Of a stretch of DNA of 64,000 nucleotides, positions 49,480 to 58,755 are shown one piece after another. The translations under genes and the position numbers were made by a program. The notes below the pieces were generated by a model that made no database searches, was not told where the DNA came from, and saw only the letters and a list, made by a program, of their open reading frames with translations. Each line of letters begins with the position of its first letter. Within the stretch, counting starts at the first letter, position 1. Origin of the DNA: Phycisphaerae bacterium. Lineage in GTDB: Bacteria; Planctomycetota; Phycisphaerae; UBA1845; JAFGLZ01. The DNA lies in contig JAFGLZ010000104.1 of assembly GCA_016927755.1 (NCBI GenBank), positions 1,737-65,736 of the forward strand, read 5' to 3'.

Positions 49480-49795
49480 TGCGCTCCCCGCGAGTCGACG
49501 TCCTCCGCCCGGTTAGCATGCGGCGGTCTGGCTCTGGTGCGTGCTCGGTCCGACTCCTCCCGGGCCCCACATGGGTCGGGGACCGGTCAGAGGCACCGGG
49601 GGGCCGTGCGGACGCCCCACACCCCGACCCTAGAGGTCCAACGAACCGCGGACGGAGCTATTGCACCGCTCCCCCATAACTGTAACCCAGATCTTCACGG
49701 GCAGTAACGACAGAATTGGCCGGGCCGGGCGCCCGGGGCCACTCCTCCAATGACACTCCTTTGGACCTCGTTGCAGGAAGGATGCTCGCTTCCGA

Positions 49796-51598
49796 TCACG
49801 AAAACCGCTTGAAGACCCCCCACTCCGCCGCTTGGGCCCGCAGAATCGCCCGCTCGACGAAAGTCGGTGAAAGGCGGTACGCGAGCCAACCCGCGACGCC
49901 CGCCGGCGTCATGATGAGTTGTCTCTTACGTTTCCTGAGCAGCCTGACAATGAGGGCCGCGGCGTGGGCCTGACTGTGATGCGCGGGGCGTCCGGGCGGT
50001 TCCAGAGAGCCGTCCGCCATGATGATGCGCTTCTCGGGATCGTGCTCGGTGAACCCGAGGTAGACCACGCCGACGTGGACGCCTTTCGGGATGAGTTCGA
50101 TGCGGAGCGATTCGGCAAGTCCCGTCAGCGCCTTCTTCGTGGCGCAGTAGACCGACGCGCCGGGCAGGCCGAACAGGCCAGCGATGCTTGATATGAAGAC
50201 GAGCTGACCCTTTGAGTCGATGAGGTGGCCGATGGACGCCTGAGACACGTTGAGACATCCGATGAGATTCGTCGCGGTCACCTGGCGGCATACTTCGGGG
50301 CAGAGCTCGGCGAACTGTCCACGCATGGACAGACCGGCGTTGTTGATGACAATGTCCAGGCGCCCGAAGTGGTCCACAGCGCTTCGGATCATCCTTTCGG
50401 CGTCCGGCGCGCTGGCGACGTCGCCCGCGACCGCCACCACCGCGCCTCCCAGCCGCTCGATGCGGTCTTTCGCTTCCTGAAGGCGTGTCTCGCCGCGCGC
50501 CGTGATCACGACCTTGGCGCCGGCAAGAGCCAGTGCCCGCGCGGTGGCGAAGCCCACTCCCCGGCTTCCTCCCGTTACCAGCGCGACCTTGCCATCGAAG
50601 TAGCCGCCTTCCAGCCGGAGATGACGGTACATGCTGAGCGAGCGAATCGAGTCCTCGGTTCCGGTCTCGATCGGGCTTTGGGACGCTCCGAGTTCGTCCG
50701 TCGCCTTGGTAGAGCTGTAATAAGCGCCGAGAAGAGAGAACCGGGCTACGGACCGGTTGAGTTTCGGTCGTTTCCGCACGATGTGCCCGAAGAACGACGC
50801 CATCGTTCCGGCCAGAAGAACAGCGGAGCCGGGAAGCGTGCGTCTCGGCGAGCGGAGCCCGGCGATCTTGGCGACTTGCGAGAAGAAGTCGCGGTAGCAC
50901 AGGTTGTGCCCGCCCAGGATGTAGGTCTGGCCGGTCCTGCCCTTGTCCATGGCCGAGAGCATCGCCCTCGCCACGTCCGGCGCATACGCGAAGCTGCGTC
51001 CGCCGGGCGGGACGAACGCCATGGGACGCCGGATGAACTGCCGGACTAGTTCGCCGCCGCTGGGTCGCGCGTCGTAAGGTCCCAGCAGAAAGGTCGGGGC
51101 GACGATGACGGCGTCGAGACCGCGCGCGTTTGCGTACTCGCGGACGAGCTCCGTTGCTCGATGCTTGGATTCCACGTACGGCGTGCCCCGGTACGCCGCG
51201 GGGAACGCGCCGGTCTCATCCCCCGGCGCGCAAATGGGCCCGGGCTCAAAGCACGAAGCGGAACTGACGAAGACCAGCCGTTTGATCGAAGCCGCCAGAC
51301 ACGCATTCAGGACGCGGCGGGTCCCTTCGAAGTTCACTTTCCACACCAGATCCGCATCGGCCCAGAGATCCGTGATGGCCGCACAGTGGAAGACGCCGTC
51401 GCACCCCGCCATGGCATCCGAGAGCGAGAAGCCTTCGTCACAGACGTCTCCCTCGACCTTCTCCACCGGCAAGCCATCCAGGGTGGCCGAACGGCTTCCA
51501 GGGAGGATGAGACATCGCACGGAATGATCGTCGGCAAGGAGTTCCCGAACCAGGTTGCTTCCCAGGAGGCCGTCCGCGCCGGTAACCAGAACTCTCAT
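49796..51598 (-). CDS. Two-domain SDR fusion: extended SDR (NAD-dependent epimerase/reductase-like) + classical short-chain dehydrogenase
   Basis: N-terminal half: VLVTGADGLLGSNLV ... YVESK. C-terminal half: ALVTGGSRGVGFA, NNAG, YCATK. Start trimmed to the ATG at 51598. Confidence 0.8.
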   Translation of the reverse strand: MRVLVTGADGLLGSNLVRELLADDHSVRCLILPGSRSATLDGLPVEKVEGDVCDEGFSLSDAMAGCDGVFHCAAITDLWADADLVWKVNFEGTRRVLNACLAASIKRLVFVSSASCFEPGPICAPGDETGAFPAAYRGTPYVESKHRATELVREYANARGLDAVIVAPTFLLGPYDARPSGGELVRQFIRRPMAFVPPGGRSFAYAPDVARAMLSAMDKGRTGQTYILGGHNLCYRDFFSQVAKIAGLRSPRRTLPGSAVLLAGTMASFFGHIVRKRPKLNRSVARFSLLGAYYSSTKATDELGASQSPIETGTEDSIRSLSMYRHLRLEGGYFDGKVALVTGGSRGVGFATARALALAGAKVVITARGETRLQEAKDRIERLGGAVVAVAGDVASAPDAERMIRSAVDHFGRLDIVINNAGLSMRGQFAELCPEVCRQVTATNLIGCLNVSQASIGHLIDSKGQLVFISSIAGLFGLPGASVYCATKKALTGLAESLRIELIPKGVHVGVVYLGFTEHDPEKRIIMADGSLEPPGRPAHHSQAHAAALIVRLLRKRKRQLIMTPAGVAGWLAYRLSPTFVERAILRAQAAEWGVFKRFS

Positions 51599-51787
51599 TT
51601 CGGGATGCTCTTCGTTGTTGTCCGTTCGATGATGTTCACGCGTCCGCCTTGGCACAAGGCTTTCGGTCCGGACGCGATCCGCATCTCCCGTCCGTCCTCA
51701 CTCTCGTGTCGCTACGTCTCGAGGACTGTACCTGGCACGCACGCGCATTGTCGTAACCGGGGCCGGGGCTTCAAATGGTGGGCCCCC

Positions 51788-54400
51788 CTATGTGTGCTCG
51801 GTTCGGGCAATGACCTCGTCCTGAATCGCACGACCCAAATCGACGAAGTACGTGCTGTAGCCTCCGACCTTGACGATCAAGTCCCGGTATTCCTCCGGCT
51901 TCATCCTGGCCGAGCGGAGCATTTCGGCGCTGGCCACGGTCGGCTGTATCTGTGAGCCACCCAATTGGAAGTAGGTGCGAATCAGCGAAATCCACTTCCG
52001 CCTCGTCTCGGCGTCCCGGCCGATCGCGGTGGGATGGAACCGCACGTTCACCGCGCAGCCCGTCACGTCCTCGAACGGCAGCGCGGCCACGGAGCGCAAG
52101 GCCGCGGTCACGCCGCGGCGCTCGACGTTGTACGGGTTGCAGCTTGCGGCGTAGGGAGTGGCGGCCTTGCGCCCGTCCAGGGAGGCAATCGACAGGCGCC
52201 CGTCAATCGTATGCGTCGTCATGCTGATGACGTAGACCACGAACGGGCCACCACGAGCGTTGCGGTACTGGTACGTGTCTTCGAAAAGATCCTTCATCAC
52301 ACGCCTTGCCAGCACATCCGTTGCCGGGTCTCCGTTGCCCCATTTCCCCTCGACGCCGCACACAGCCCGGTGGATCTCCTCGCATCCGATGTAGTTGCGG
52401 TTCGCCGCCTCGACGAGTTCCCGGAGAGTGTACTTTCGCTGCTCGAAGACCAGCGTGCGAATCACGTGCAGCGAATCGATCGCGTTGGCGATCGAGTTGA
52501 TCATGGAGATGCCGGACAGGGCATAACGGCCCCCTCCTTCGGTCACGTCCTTTCGGGCGTCGAGGCATCCATCGATGAAGGCCGAGATGTAGGGCGCCGG
52601 CAGTCGCTCGGCAAAGACCCGGTCTCGCAGGTTGGAGGCGTCCACGATCTTACTGATTTGGTGCTTGCCCTGCTTGACGAACGCCTGGACCAACTCTTCG
52701 AAGTCCGCGAACGAATCGGGATCCCCCGTCGACAACCCCTCGTTTCTCAAGGGGCCGGCGAGCGTTCGGGCGTCGCCGTTGCGAAGCGTGATATCGAGCA
52801 CCTTGCAGAGCTGCACCGCACCGGCGCTCATGCTGCCCGTCTTGCCCGGACACGTCAGGTCGACGCAGCCCATGACCGCGTAATCCCGCGCGTCCGCCTC
52901 GGCGAAGCCTCTGCGTTTCATGGCCTCGATGTTGATCTCGTCATTGAACAAGGAGAACGTCGATGTTCCCGCTTCAAGATGCGCGGCGATTCGATCGAGC
53001 AGTTCGTTCGGCGTATCGCGGTGGATTCTCACGGACACGTTCGTGATGGCCTTGCAGCGGCTGGCGGCATCCACGAAGAGGTAGGTCAGCGCGTTCGTGC
53101 AGTCCGCGCCTTCCCGCGACACGCCACCCAAGGTTACCGGCGAGGAGCCGAGGAATCGGTGATAGAAGTTCGAGAGCAGGTTCGATTCGGGCCGGATGTT
53201 CTGCGACATCGTCTTGAGCAACAACTCCTCGAGTAGCTCGCGGGCCTGCTCCGCGTCGATCGCGCGACTCTCGGTATCGCGCTCGTAGTAGGGATAGAGG
53301 ATCTGGTCCAAGCGGCCGAAGCAATGCAGGTTCACGGGATGAGCGAGCTCGACCGCGGTCTTGACGGTCCAGAGGGCCTGCAGCGCTTCGCGGAATGTGC
53401 GGGCGGGATTCAGTGGAGCCCGGCGGCAGACGTCGAGCATCTCCTCGCGCGCCGCGCGCTGCCCGGGATCGGTCGTTTCCTCGAGTGCCGCTTCGAGTCT
53501 CTCAACCAGCCTGCGGGCGAAGATGATGATCCCGTCGAGCGCGATCACGATGGACTCGTGGAAGTCGCGCCGCGGCCCTTCCAGGCCGGTCCGCGCGAGC
53601 ATCTCGCGCGCTTGCGAGCGCATGTCGAGCAGCCCGCGCTCGAGGACCGGGCGATAGTCCAGGATCACGTGCCCCTGATAGCTGGCGATGCTGGCCGCGG
53701 CGCCGATCATGATCACTTGGCGCGACGTGTTGCCGGGGATGGCCGTCACGAAATCGTGCATGTCCTTCGAGTACAGCCCCGACTTCACCAGGGCCGCCTG
53801 GACGTGATCGACGGTCGTCTTGCCTTTCCAGAACGGCAGCAGCGAACCCAGGAGCAACGTCCGATCGTCGTTGCGTATCTGATAGGGGTTGATCGAGCGC
53901 TCGGACATGGTCTTGAAGTCCATGTTCAACGGCGCCTCGCCGCTCTGTCGTACGATCCGCTGGTTCCTCAGGAACTCGAGCAGGAGGCGCTTGCGGAGCA
54001 TGTACGAGAGGCCCTTGAGCATCGATCCGCATCGAAAGCGAATCATCGAACGCTTGGTCAGCTCCGTTTCGAGCACCGTGTTGAAGACGCCGCGCTCGAT
54101 GTCAATGGGGATTCCCAGGAAGTGTTCGGTCCAGTAACCGGCGATCCGGTCGTCGGGGTCCACGTAGTGCGTCATCTTCTCGTAGACGTTCTTCATCGCC
54201 AGCGCCACGCGCACGGGCAGCGCGATGCCCTTGGCCTCGGTGTCCTTCCAACTGTCGGTGTAATACTTCGCGCGCTGGACCGAGATGAAGGCGGGGCCCG
54301 TCTGGTAGCGGCGCCTCATTCGCGCGATGCGTTCGCTGCCTTGGGAATCGACACGGGCGACAGGCTCTTCGAGGACCGCCACTGTGGCCTCCCGCATCAT
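51788..54400 (-). CDS. Glycyl-radical enzyme of the PFL2 / glycerol-dehydratase-like family
   Basis: RIARMRRRYQTGPAFISVQRAKYYTDSW (PFL2-type N-terminus). Cys-loop AVMGCVDLTCPGKTG. C-terminal glycyl-radical motif DLIVKVGGYSTYFVDL. ATG at 54400 with GGGAGGAGG upstream. Confidence 0.85.
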   Translation of the reverse strand: MMREATVAVLEEPVARVDSQGSERIARMRRRYQTGPAFISVQRAKYYTDSWKDTEAKGIALPVRVALAMKNVYEKMTHYVDPDDRIAGYWTEHFLGIPIDIERGVFNTVLETELTKRSMIRFRCGSMLKGLSYMLRKRLLLEFLRNQRIVRQSGEAPLNMDFKTMSERSINPYQIRNDDRTLLLGSLLPFWKGKTTVDHVQAALVKSGLYSKDMHDFVTAIPGNTSRQVIMIGAAASIASYQGHVILDYRPVLERGLLDMRSQAREMLARTGLEGPRRDFHESIVIALDGIIIFARRLVERLEAALEETTDPGQRAAREEMLDVCRRAPLNPARTFREALQALWTVKTAVELAHPVNLHCFGRLDQILYPYYERDTESRAIDAEQARELLEELLLKTMSQNIRPESNLLSNFYHRFLGSSPVTLGGVSREGADCTNALTYLFVDAASRCKAITNVSVRIHRDTPNELLDRIAAHLEAGTSTFSLFNDEINIEAMKRRGFAEADARDYAVMGCVDLTCPGKTGSMSAGAVQLCKVLDITLRNGDARTLAGPLRNEGLSTGDPDSFADFEELVQAFVKQGKHQISKIVDASNLRDRVFAERLPAPYISAFIDGCLDARKDVTEGGGRYALSGISMINSIANAIDSLHVIRTLVFEQRKYTLRELVEAANRNYIGCEEIHRAVCGVEGKWGNGDPATDVLARRVMKDLFEDTYQYRNARGGPFVVYVISMTTHTIDGRLSIASLDGRKAATPYAASCNPYNVERRGVTAALRSVAALPFEDVTGCAVNVRFHPTAIGRDAETRRKWISLIRTYFQLGGSQIQPTVASAEMLRSARMKPEEYRDLIVKVGGYSTYFVDLGRAIQDEVIARTEHT

Positions 54401-54658
54401 CGTCGACCTCCTCCCGTGGGCCCGGGGCCCAAGTACCGGGCTCGGCGCAAAGCAGACGCGAGGCACGCCCCCTTCCGATCATCACGATAGACCTGGGGCG
54501 CCCAATCTCATGGTATCAGGTTGAATGCCGATCCGGCAATCACGACGGCTCCTTCCGAGGCGGAAGGCCCCAGGCGGTTAGTGCCCGGCCGTTGAAGAGC
54601 GCGATGTCTCTGGCTACACTGACTGTCATCTGAACGTCGTGGAGGGAAGGACAACACG

Positions 54659-55522
54659 ATGCGGCGGAAGCGGCGTGCGAAGGTCGTATGGGCAATCGTA
54701 ATCGTCGCGGGCGCCGGCGCGCTCTACATCGCACTTGCACCCGACCGCGACGGGTTCTTTCCGACGACTCCGCCCTCCAGCTCGAAAGCGAATCCCCAGA
54801 GCCAACCCGCACGGACGTCGCTGACCGTCGTTAACGAATTCATCAGGTGGTATGAGCTACAGTTCGTTCAGAGAATGCGTTGGGTGGGAAGCTTCTCCAC
54901 GGACGTCAACGAGCTCGTCAACGAGCTCGGCCTGGAGAAGACGCTCGACCGGTACGTCGCACTGCGAGAAGTCAACCTGGAGTATGCCCTGGGGCACCCC
55001 AACTGCCGGACCATACCCGCGGAGGACCTCGAACGACTCGCGCGGTTGCAGCTCGAGCATATTCTGTCGAATACCCGCAGGAGCAGGACGTGGATCGACT
55101 ACAGCTCGCCCAAGCTCAGAGAAGGGGCTATCGAGTCTCTGAAGGATACGTCTCTCGCCTGGATACCGTTCTATCAGAAGCTGCTCGCGGGTCCGCCTCC
55201 CTCCGGAGGCGATCTCAAGGCCAACATCAGGGCGCGTGTCTCGAGGGACGAATACGTTCAGACCATGGAGCGCGTTACTCGGACGAAGGCGTCGCTTCAC
55301 GCGTCCATGAAGGATGGAATCGTCTGGTACGCCTCCTGGTTGTCTTGGGCGAGGACGATGGTGGACAAGGTCGGCAAGCAAGACCTCGCCGCGTGCTGGG
55401 CAACCGTGGACGACATCTACGGCGATGCCACGGGAACCGACAAGGGGGTCGGCCAGGAGCCAGAAGCCGCCGACGCCGGTGCTGCCGCGCCGTCGACGAC
55501 GCGGAGCCTTCGGCGGATGTGA
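54659..55522 (+). CDS. Hypothetical N-terminally membrane-anchored protein
   Basis: MRRKRRAKVVWAIVIVAGAGALYIALAP is a single TM anchor. The rest is helical-looking with no motif I recognise. Confidence 0.45.
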   Translation: MRRKRRAKVVWAIVIVAGAGALYIALAPDRDGFFPTTPPSSSKANPQSQPARTSLTVVNEFIRWYELQFVQRMRWVGSFSTDVNELVNELGLEKTLDRYVALREVNLEYALGHPNCRTIPAEDLERLARLQLEHILSNTRRSRTWIDYSSPKLREGAIESLKDTSLAWIPFYQKLLAGPPPSGGDLKANIRARVSRDEYVQTMERVTRTKASLHASMKDGIVWYASWLSWARTMVDKVGKQDLAACWATVDDIYGDATGTDKGVGQEPEAADAGAAAPSTTRSLRRM

Positions 55523-55637
55523 GGCGACCTGGAGTTCGTCCGCCGGTATGCCCGATCCCTCATGCAGGTCGAGGGGGGAGCGGGACGTGCCGCCGGATGG
55601 ACGAAAAGGGGCGAGCGGACGCCTGGCTGTGATAGGG

Positions 55638-58271
55638 TCATCGGGAGGTCCGTTGGCAAGGCGCTGGGGGACGAAGCCCCACCTTGAACGTCTTGATCTC
55701 GAAGGCGCGCAGGTCAAACCGCAGCGTGTCGTCCTGAATACCCAGCTTGCGGACGGGATCCTCCATGAGATTCACCTCATCCGCCGAAGCGACCTTCGCA
55801 CCTAGCATGGCCCTGACGTCCGGGGTAGCTTGCCCCGAGGCCTCATAGAGCCGGACCACGATCGTGCCTCCCTGTCCCGGCTTGAGCGTCGAGACCACGA
55901 CGTTGGGGTGCGACAGTCTCAGCAAGCCCCACCGATCGGGCAGCGTCCCGGCGTGGATGGCCACTGGCCGAACCAAGAGAGGATTGTTGAACTCCAGCCC
56001 GTGTCGGTAGACACCCGCCTGGCGCCAATCGCCGGCATGGGGGACCAGGGCGTAATCGAAGCTCATCTCGTTGCCAAGCTCAAACCCGGAATCGGATGAC
56101 ATGCCGGGCTCGTAACCGCCGCCGAAGCCGTACGCCACGATCCTTGTGGAACGCATCAGCGAGAGCATCATCGTGGAGTTCGTCACGACATTGCCGGGCA
56201 GGCCGCGGTTCAGCACGGCGACGCCCTTCTGGCCGTCACCGTAATCGACCCAGTTCTGCGCCGGGAACTCGATGCCCAAGGGCCGCCCCATCGCCCCGAA
56301 GGGAATCTCATGCACGCTCGTGCCGGCCTTGATCGACGTTGGCAGGAGCATCTGATAGCGAACGAACTTGTCCTGATTGCGGATCCGCGTGTGGATGTCG
56401 ATGCGAGGCAGGCCGGCGTACAGCCGAACCCGCGTGGCAAGCAGGCCGTCCTTGCCGAACGGATGCGAAACGCTGAACTCGGAAACGACGGGCCCGGTCC
56501 GCGCGGACCCCGGCTGACCCTTGAACTCGCTGCTGAATTGTGCCTTGCCGGGCCGCGGCACGGGTTGCTGTCGCTTCATCGCGATTCGACTTCCGCCGTC
56601 AAGCGGCCGGTAGAGCTCCCACAAATCGCCATGATCCGGCTCGCGCGAGACGACGTTGGCCGGGCCGCTCAGGGCTTCCCAGTTCTCCGGCTTGACCAGG
56701 AGGCCGGTCATCGCGCCCGTGGTCGGCTCAAAGCTCAGTCGGTAGTACTCGTTCTCGATGCAGTCGGCGCTCTTGACCGGCCTGGCGCCAGAGGTGGCAT
56801 TCGCCGACGATGGCAGCGGAACGAGCCGATAGACGGCGTATCCCAACCCAGGAACGTCGCTGGCGACGAACGCGATCTTTGCTTGCACGAGTCCGCCGTC
56901 AGGGCACCGTTGGCACGCCATGATTTGGACGGGAACCGCTTTCCCAGCCCGGTCGAGCAGTTTCAGGCCCATGACGCCGCCCTCGGAGAAGCCGACGTCG
57001 GTGACGGCAACGTCCGTGCGAGGCCAGCCCAGCGCGTTGAAGACCATAAGCGGCATGCCCTCGCCTCGCGTGTCCACCTTCGATGCGAGGTCCTCCAGTC
57101 CCGTGTCAACGAGTTCCCGCGCCAGCCGCTTCGAGAATTCGTAACCCCGAAGGGTGTCTTCGTAGACCCTGTCCGTCATGACGCCCGACATCAAATCGTG
57201 CGCGTGATTGAAGAGGGTCGGCTCCCACGCTCGCCAGAGCGCCTCCTCGTCGGGCTTGCGACCCAACAACAGAAGGCTCAACGCCCCCAGCTTCTCCGCG
57301 GTCGTGAGGAGTCGCTCGTTGTCTCTTGTCGCCTGTTTGAGCTCGATTCGGCTGCTGTACGCCCCCTGGAAGATCGGATTGAGTTCCCCCGCGATCACGG
57401 GGCGATCGGTCCGCTTGCTCACCGCGGCCTCGAAATCGGTCGGCACGCCGATCCGCAACGCAAACGGCTTGTTCGTACCGCGGTTGAACTCCTCGACCAG
57501 GGCGGGGACGTGAGCCTCCGGTTCGCAGACGTCCGCCCCGGCCAGGCCGACGCGGTCGACCCCACGCGAGAACGGCGCCAGCAACGCAAACCGTTTCTTG
57601 AAGAAGCTCGTGAAGTCAGGCAGCTTGGTTGGCGAGCCGTAGGTAACGGCGTAGCCGTGGGGCAGCCAGAACGCGGGGATTCGCGATCCGTCGATGCCCT
57701 CCCACAAGAACTCCGACGGGACCTCCCAGCCCGACACGCCGCGGAAGAACCAGAACGACCCGTAACCGGCCAGCTTCAGGAGTTGTGGCATCTGGGCGTG
57801 ATGCCCGAACGTGTCCAGTTGCCAGCCGACCGTCACTTCCACGCCCAGCTTCTGCCGGTAGTATCTCTTCCCGTACAGCACCTGGCGGACGAGCGATTCG
57901 CCACCGGGCATGTTGACGTCCGGCATTACGTCCATGCCGCCGACGACCTGGAGCCGACCGTCGGCCACCATCTTTCGAAACGTCGCCTCTTCATGCGGAT
58001 ATCGCTCCAAGAAGGGCTTCACGTAGCAAACCTGGTCCAGCACGAAGCGGTAGTTGGGATAGTCCTTCAGCAGCTTGAGCGCTCGGAGGATATTGGAGAG
58101 TCCTATCTCCAGGTATTCCTCACGGGTCTTGAAGACCGCGCCCTCCCAGTGCGTGTGAGGGATGAACCAGAACGTGGCCTCGTCTCCATCCCCAGGGGTT
58201 TGGCGGGACGGTTCGGCCCCTGTGGAGGGCGATGAGAACAGGAGTACTGACACAATCGTAGCCCACCGCAT
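55638..58271 (-). CDS. GH38-family alpha-mannosidase (secreted)
   Basis: FWFIPHTHWEGAVFKTREEYL, VVGGMDVMPDVNMPGGESLVRQVLYGKRY, WQLDTFGH are GH38 N-terminal catalytic-domain hallmarks. Start trimmed to the ATG at 58271 (MRWATIVSVLLF signal). Confidence 0.85.
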   Translation of the reverse strand: MRWATIVSVLLFSSPSTGAEPSRQTPGDGDEATFWFIPHTHWEGAVFKTREEYLEIGLSNILRALKLLKDYPNYRFVLDQVCYVKPFLERYPHEEATFRKMVADGRLQVVGGMDVMPDVNMPGGESLVRQVLYGKRYYRQKLGVEVTVGWQLDTFGHHAQMPQLLKLAGYGSFWFFRGVSGWEVPSEFLWEGIDGSRIPAFWLPHGYAVTYGSPTKLPDFTSFFKKRFALLAPFSRGVDRVGLAGADVCEPEAHVPALVEEFNRGTNKPFALRIGVPTDFEAAVSKRTDRPVIAGELNPIFQGAYSSRIELKQATRDNERLLTTAEKLGALSLLLLGRKPDEEALWRAWEPTLFNHAHDLMSGVMTDRVYEDTLRGYEFSKRLARELVDTGLEDLASKVDTRGEGMPLMVFNALGWPRTDVAVTDVGFSEGGVMGLKLLDRAGKAVPVQIMACQRCPDGGLVQAKIAFVASDVPGLGYAVYRLVPLPSSANATSGARPVKSADCIENEYYRLSFEPTTGAMTGLLVKPENWEALSGPANVVSREPDHGDLWELYRPLDGGSRIAMKRQQPVPRPGKAQFSSEFKGQPGSARTGPVVSEFSVSHPFGKDGLLATRVRLYAGLPRIDIHTRIRNQDKFVRYQMLLPTSIKAGTSVHEIPFGAMGRPLGIEFPAQNWVDYGDGQKGVAVLNRGLPGNVVTNSTMMLSLMRSTRIVAYGFGGGYEPGMSSDSGFELGNEMSFDYALVPHAGDWRQAGVYRHGLEFNNPLLVRPVAIHAGTLPDRWGLLRLSHPNVVVSTLKPGQGGTIVVRLYEASGQATPDVRAMLGAKVASADEVNLMEDPVRKLGIQDDTLRFDLRAFEIKTFKVGLRPPAPCQRTSR

Positions 58272-58755
58272 TTCTATCCCGACCTTTGCGCTTGGTTGCC
58301 GCGACCATGCTATCACACGAACACCAGGTATGGGCACGCGAAAAGCCGCCTTCGCAACGCTGCCGCGGTAGACAACGCGGATTGTGACGGGTCGGAAGGG
58401 ATGGCACAGGATCGCAGGCAAAACGCGAGCTGGAACGCCGCTCCCTCCGGCACCGCCTCGCGAAATCAGCCATTCGATGGGCCGATCTCGCCACGGCGAG
58501 CGGAGTCGGAGAGGTCGTGACGATGGCTGTCGAAGTCATGGTCGCAAGAGTCGTTGTCGTTGAACGCTCATATCACGATCTCGATCCGGCATTTGGAGGA
58601 TGTGGCGACGCACATATCGTCCCCCACGTTCGGGCTTAGCGCGGGTGGACGGCAGCCGATACACCCTCGAGCGGGGAATCACGTAAGCCCTTTGTCATCA
58701 AGGAGGACGCAGTTTTCGGGAGGGACACCCGTCGTCCATCCAGGGAGACGAGTCT

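Noticed and set aside
54500-55720. Search for a glycyl-radical activating enzyme in ORFs flanking the GRE (e.g. 54857..55717, minus strand).
   Set aside because: No CxxxCxxC radical-SAM motif is present, and the sequence is low-complexity antisense to the 54659..55522 ORF.
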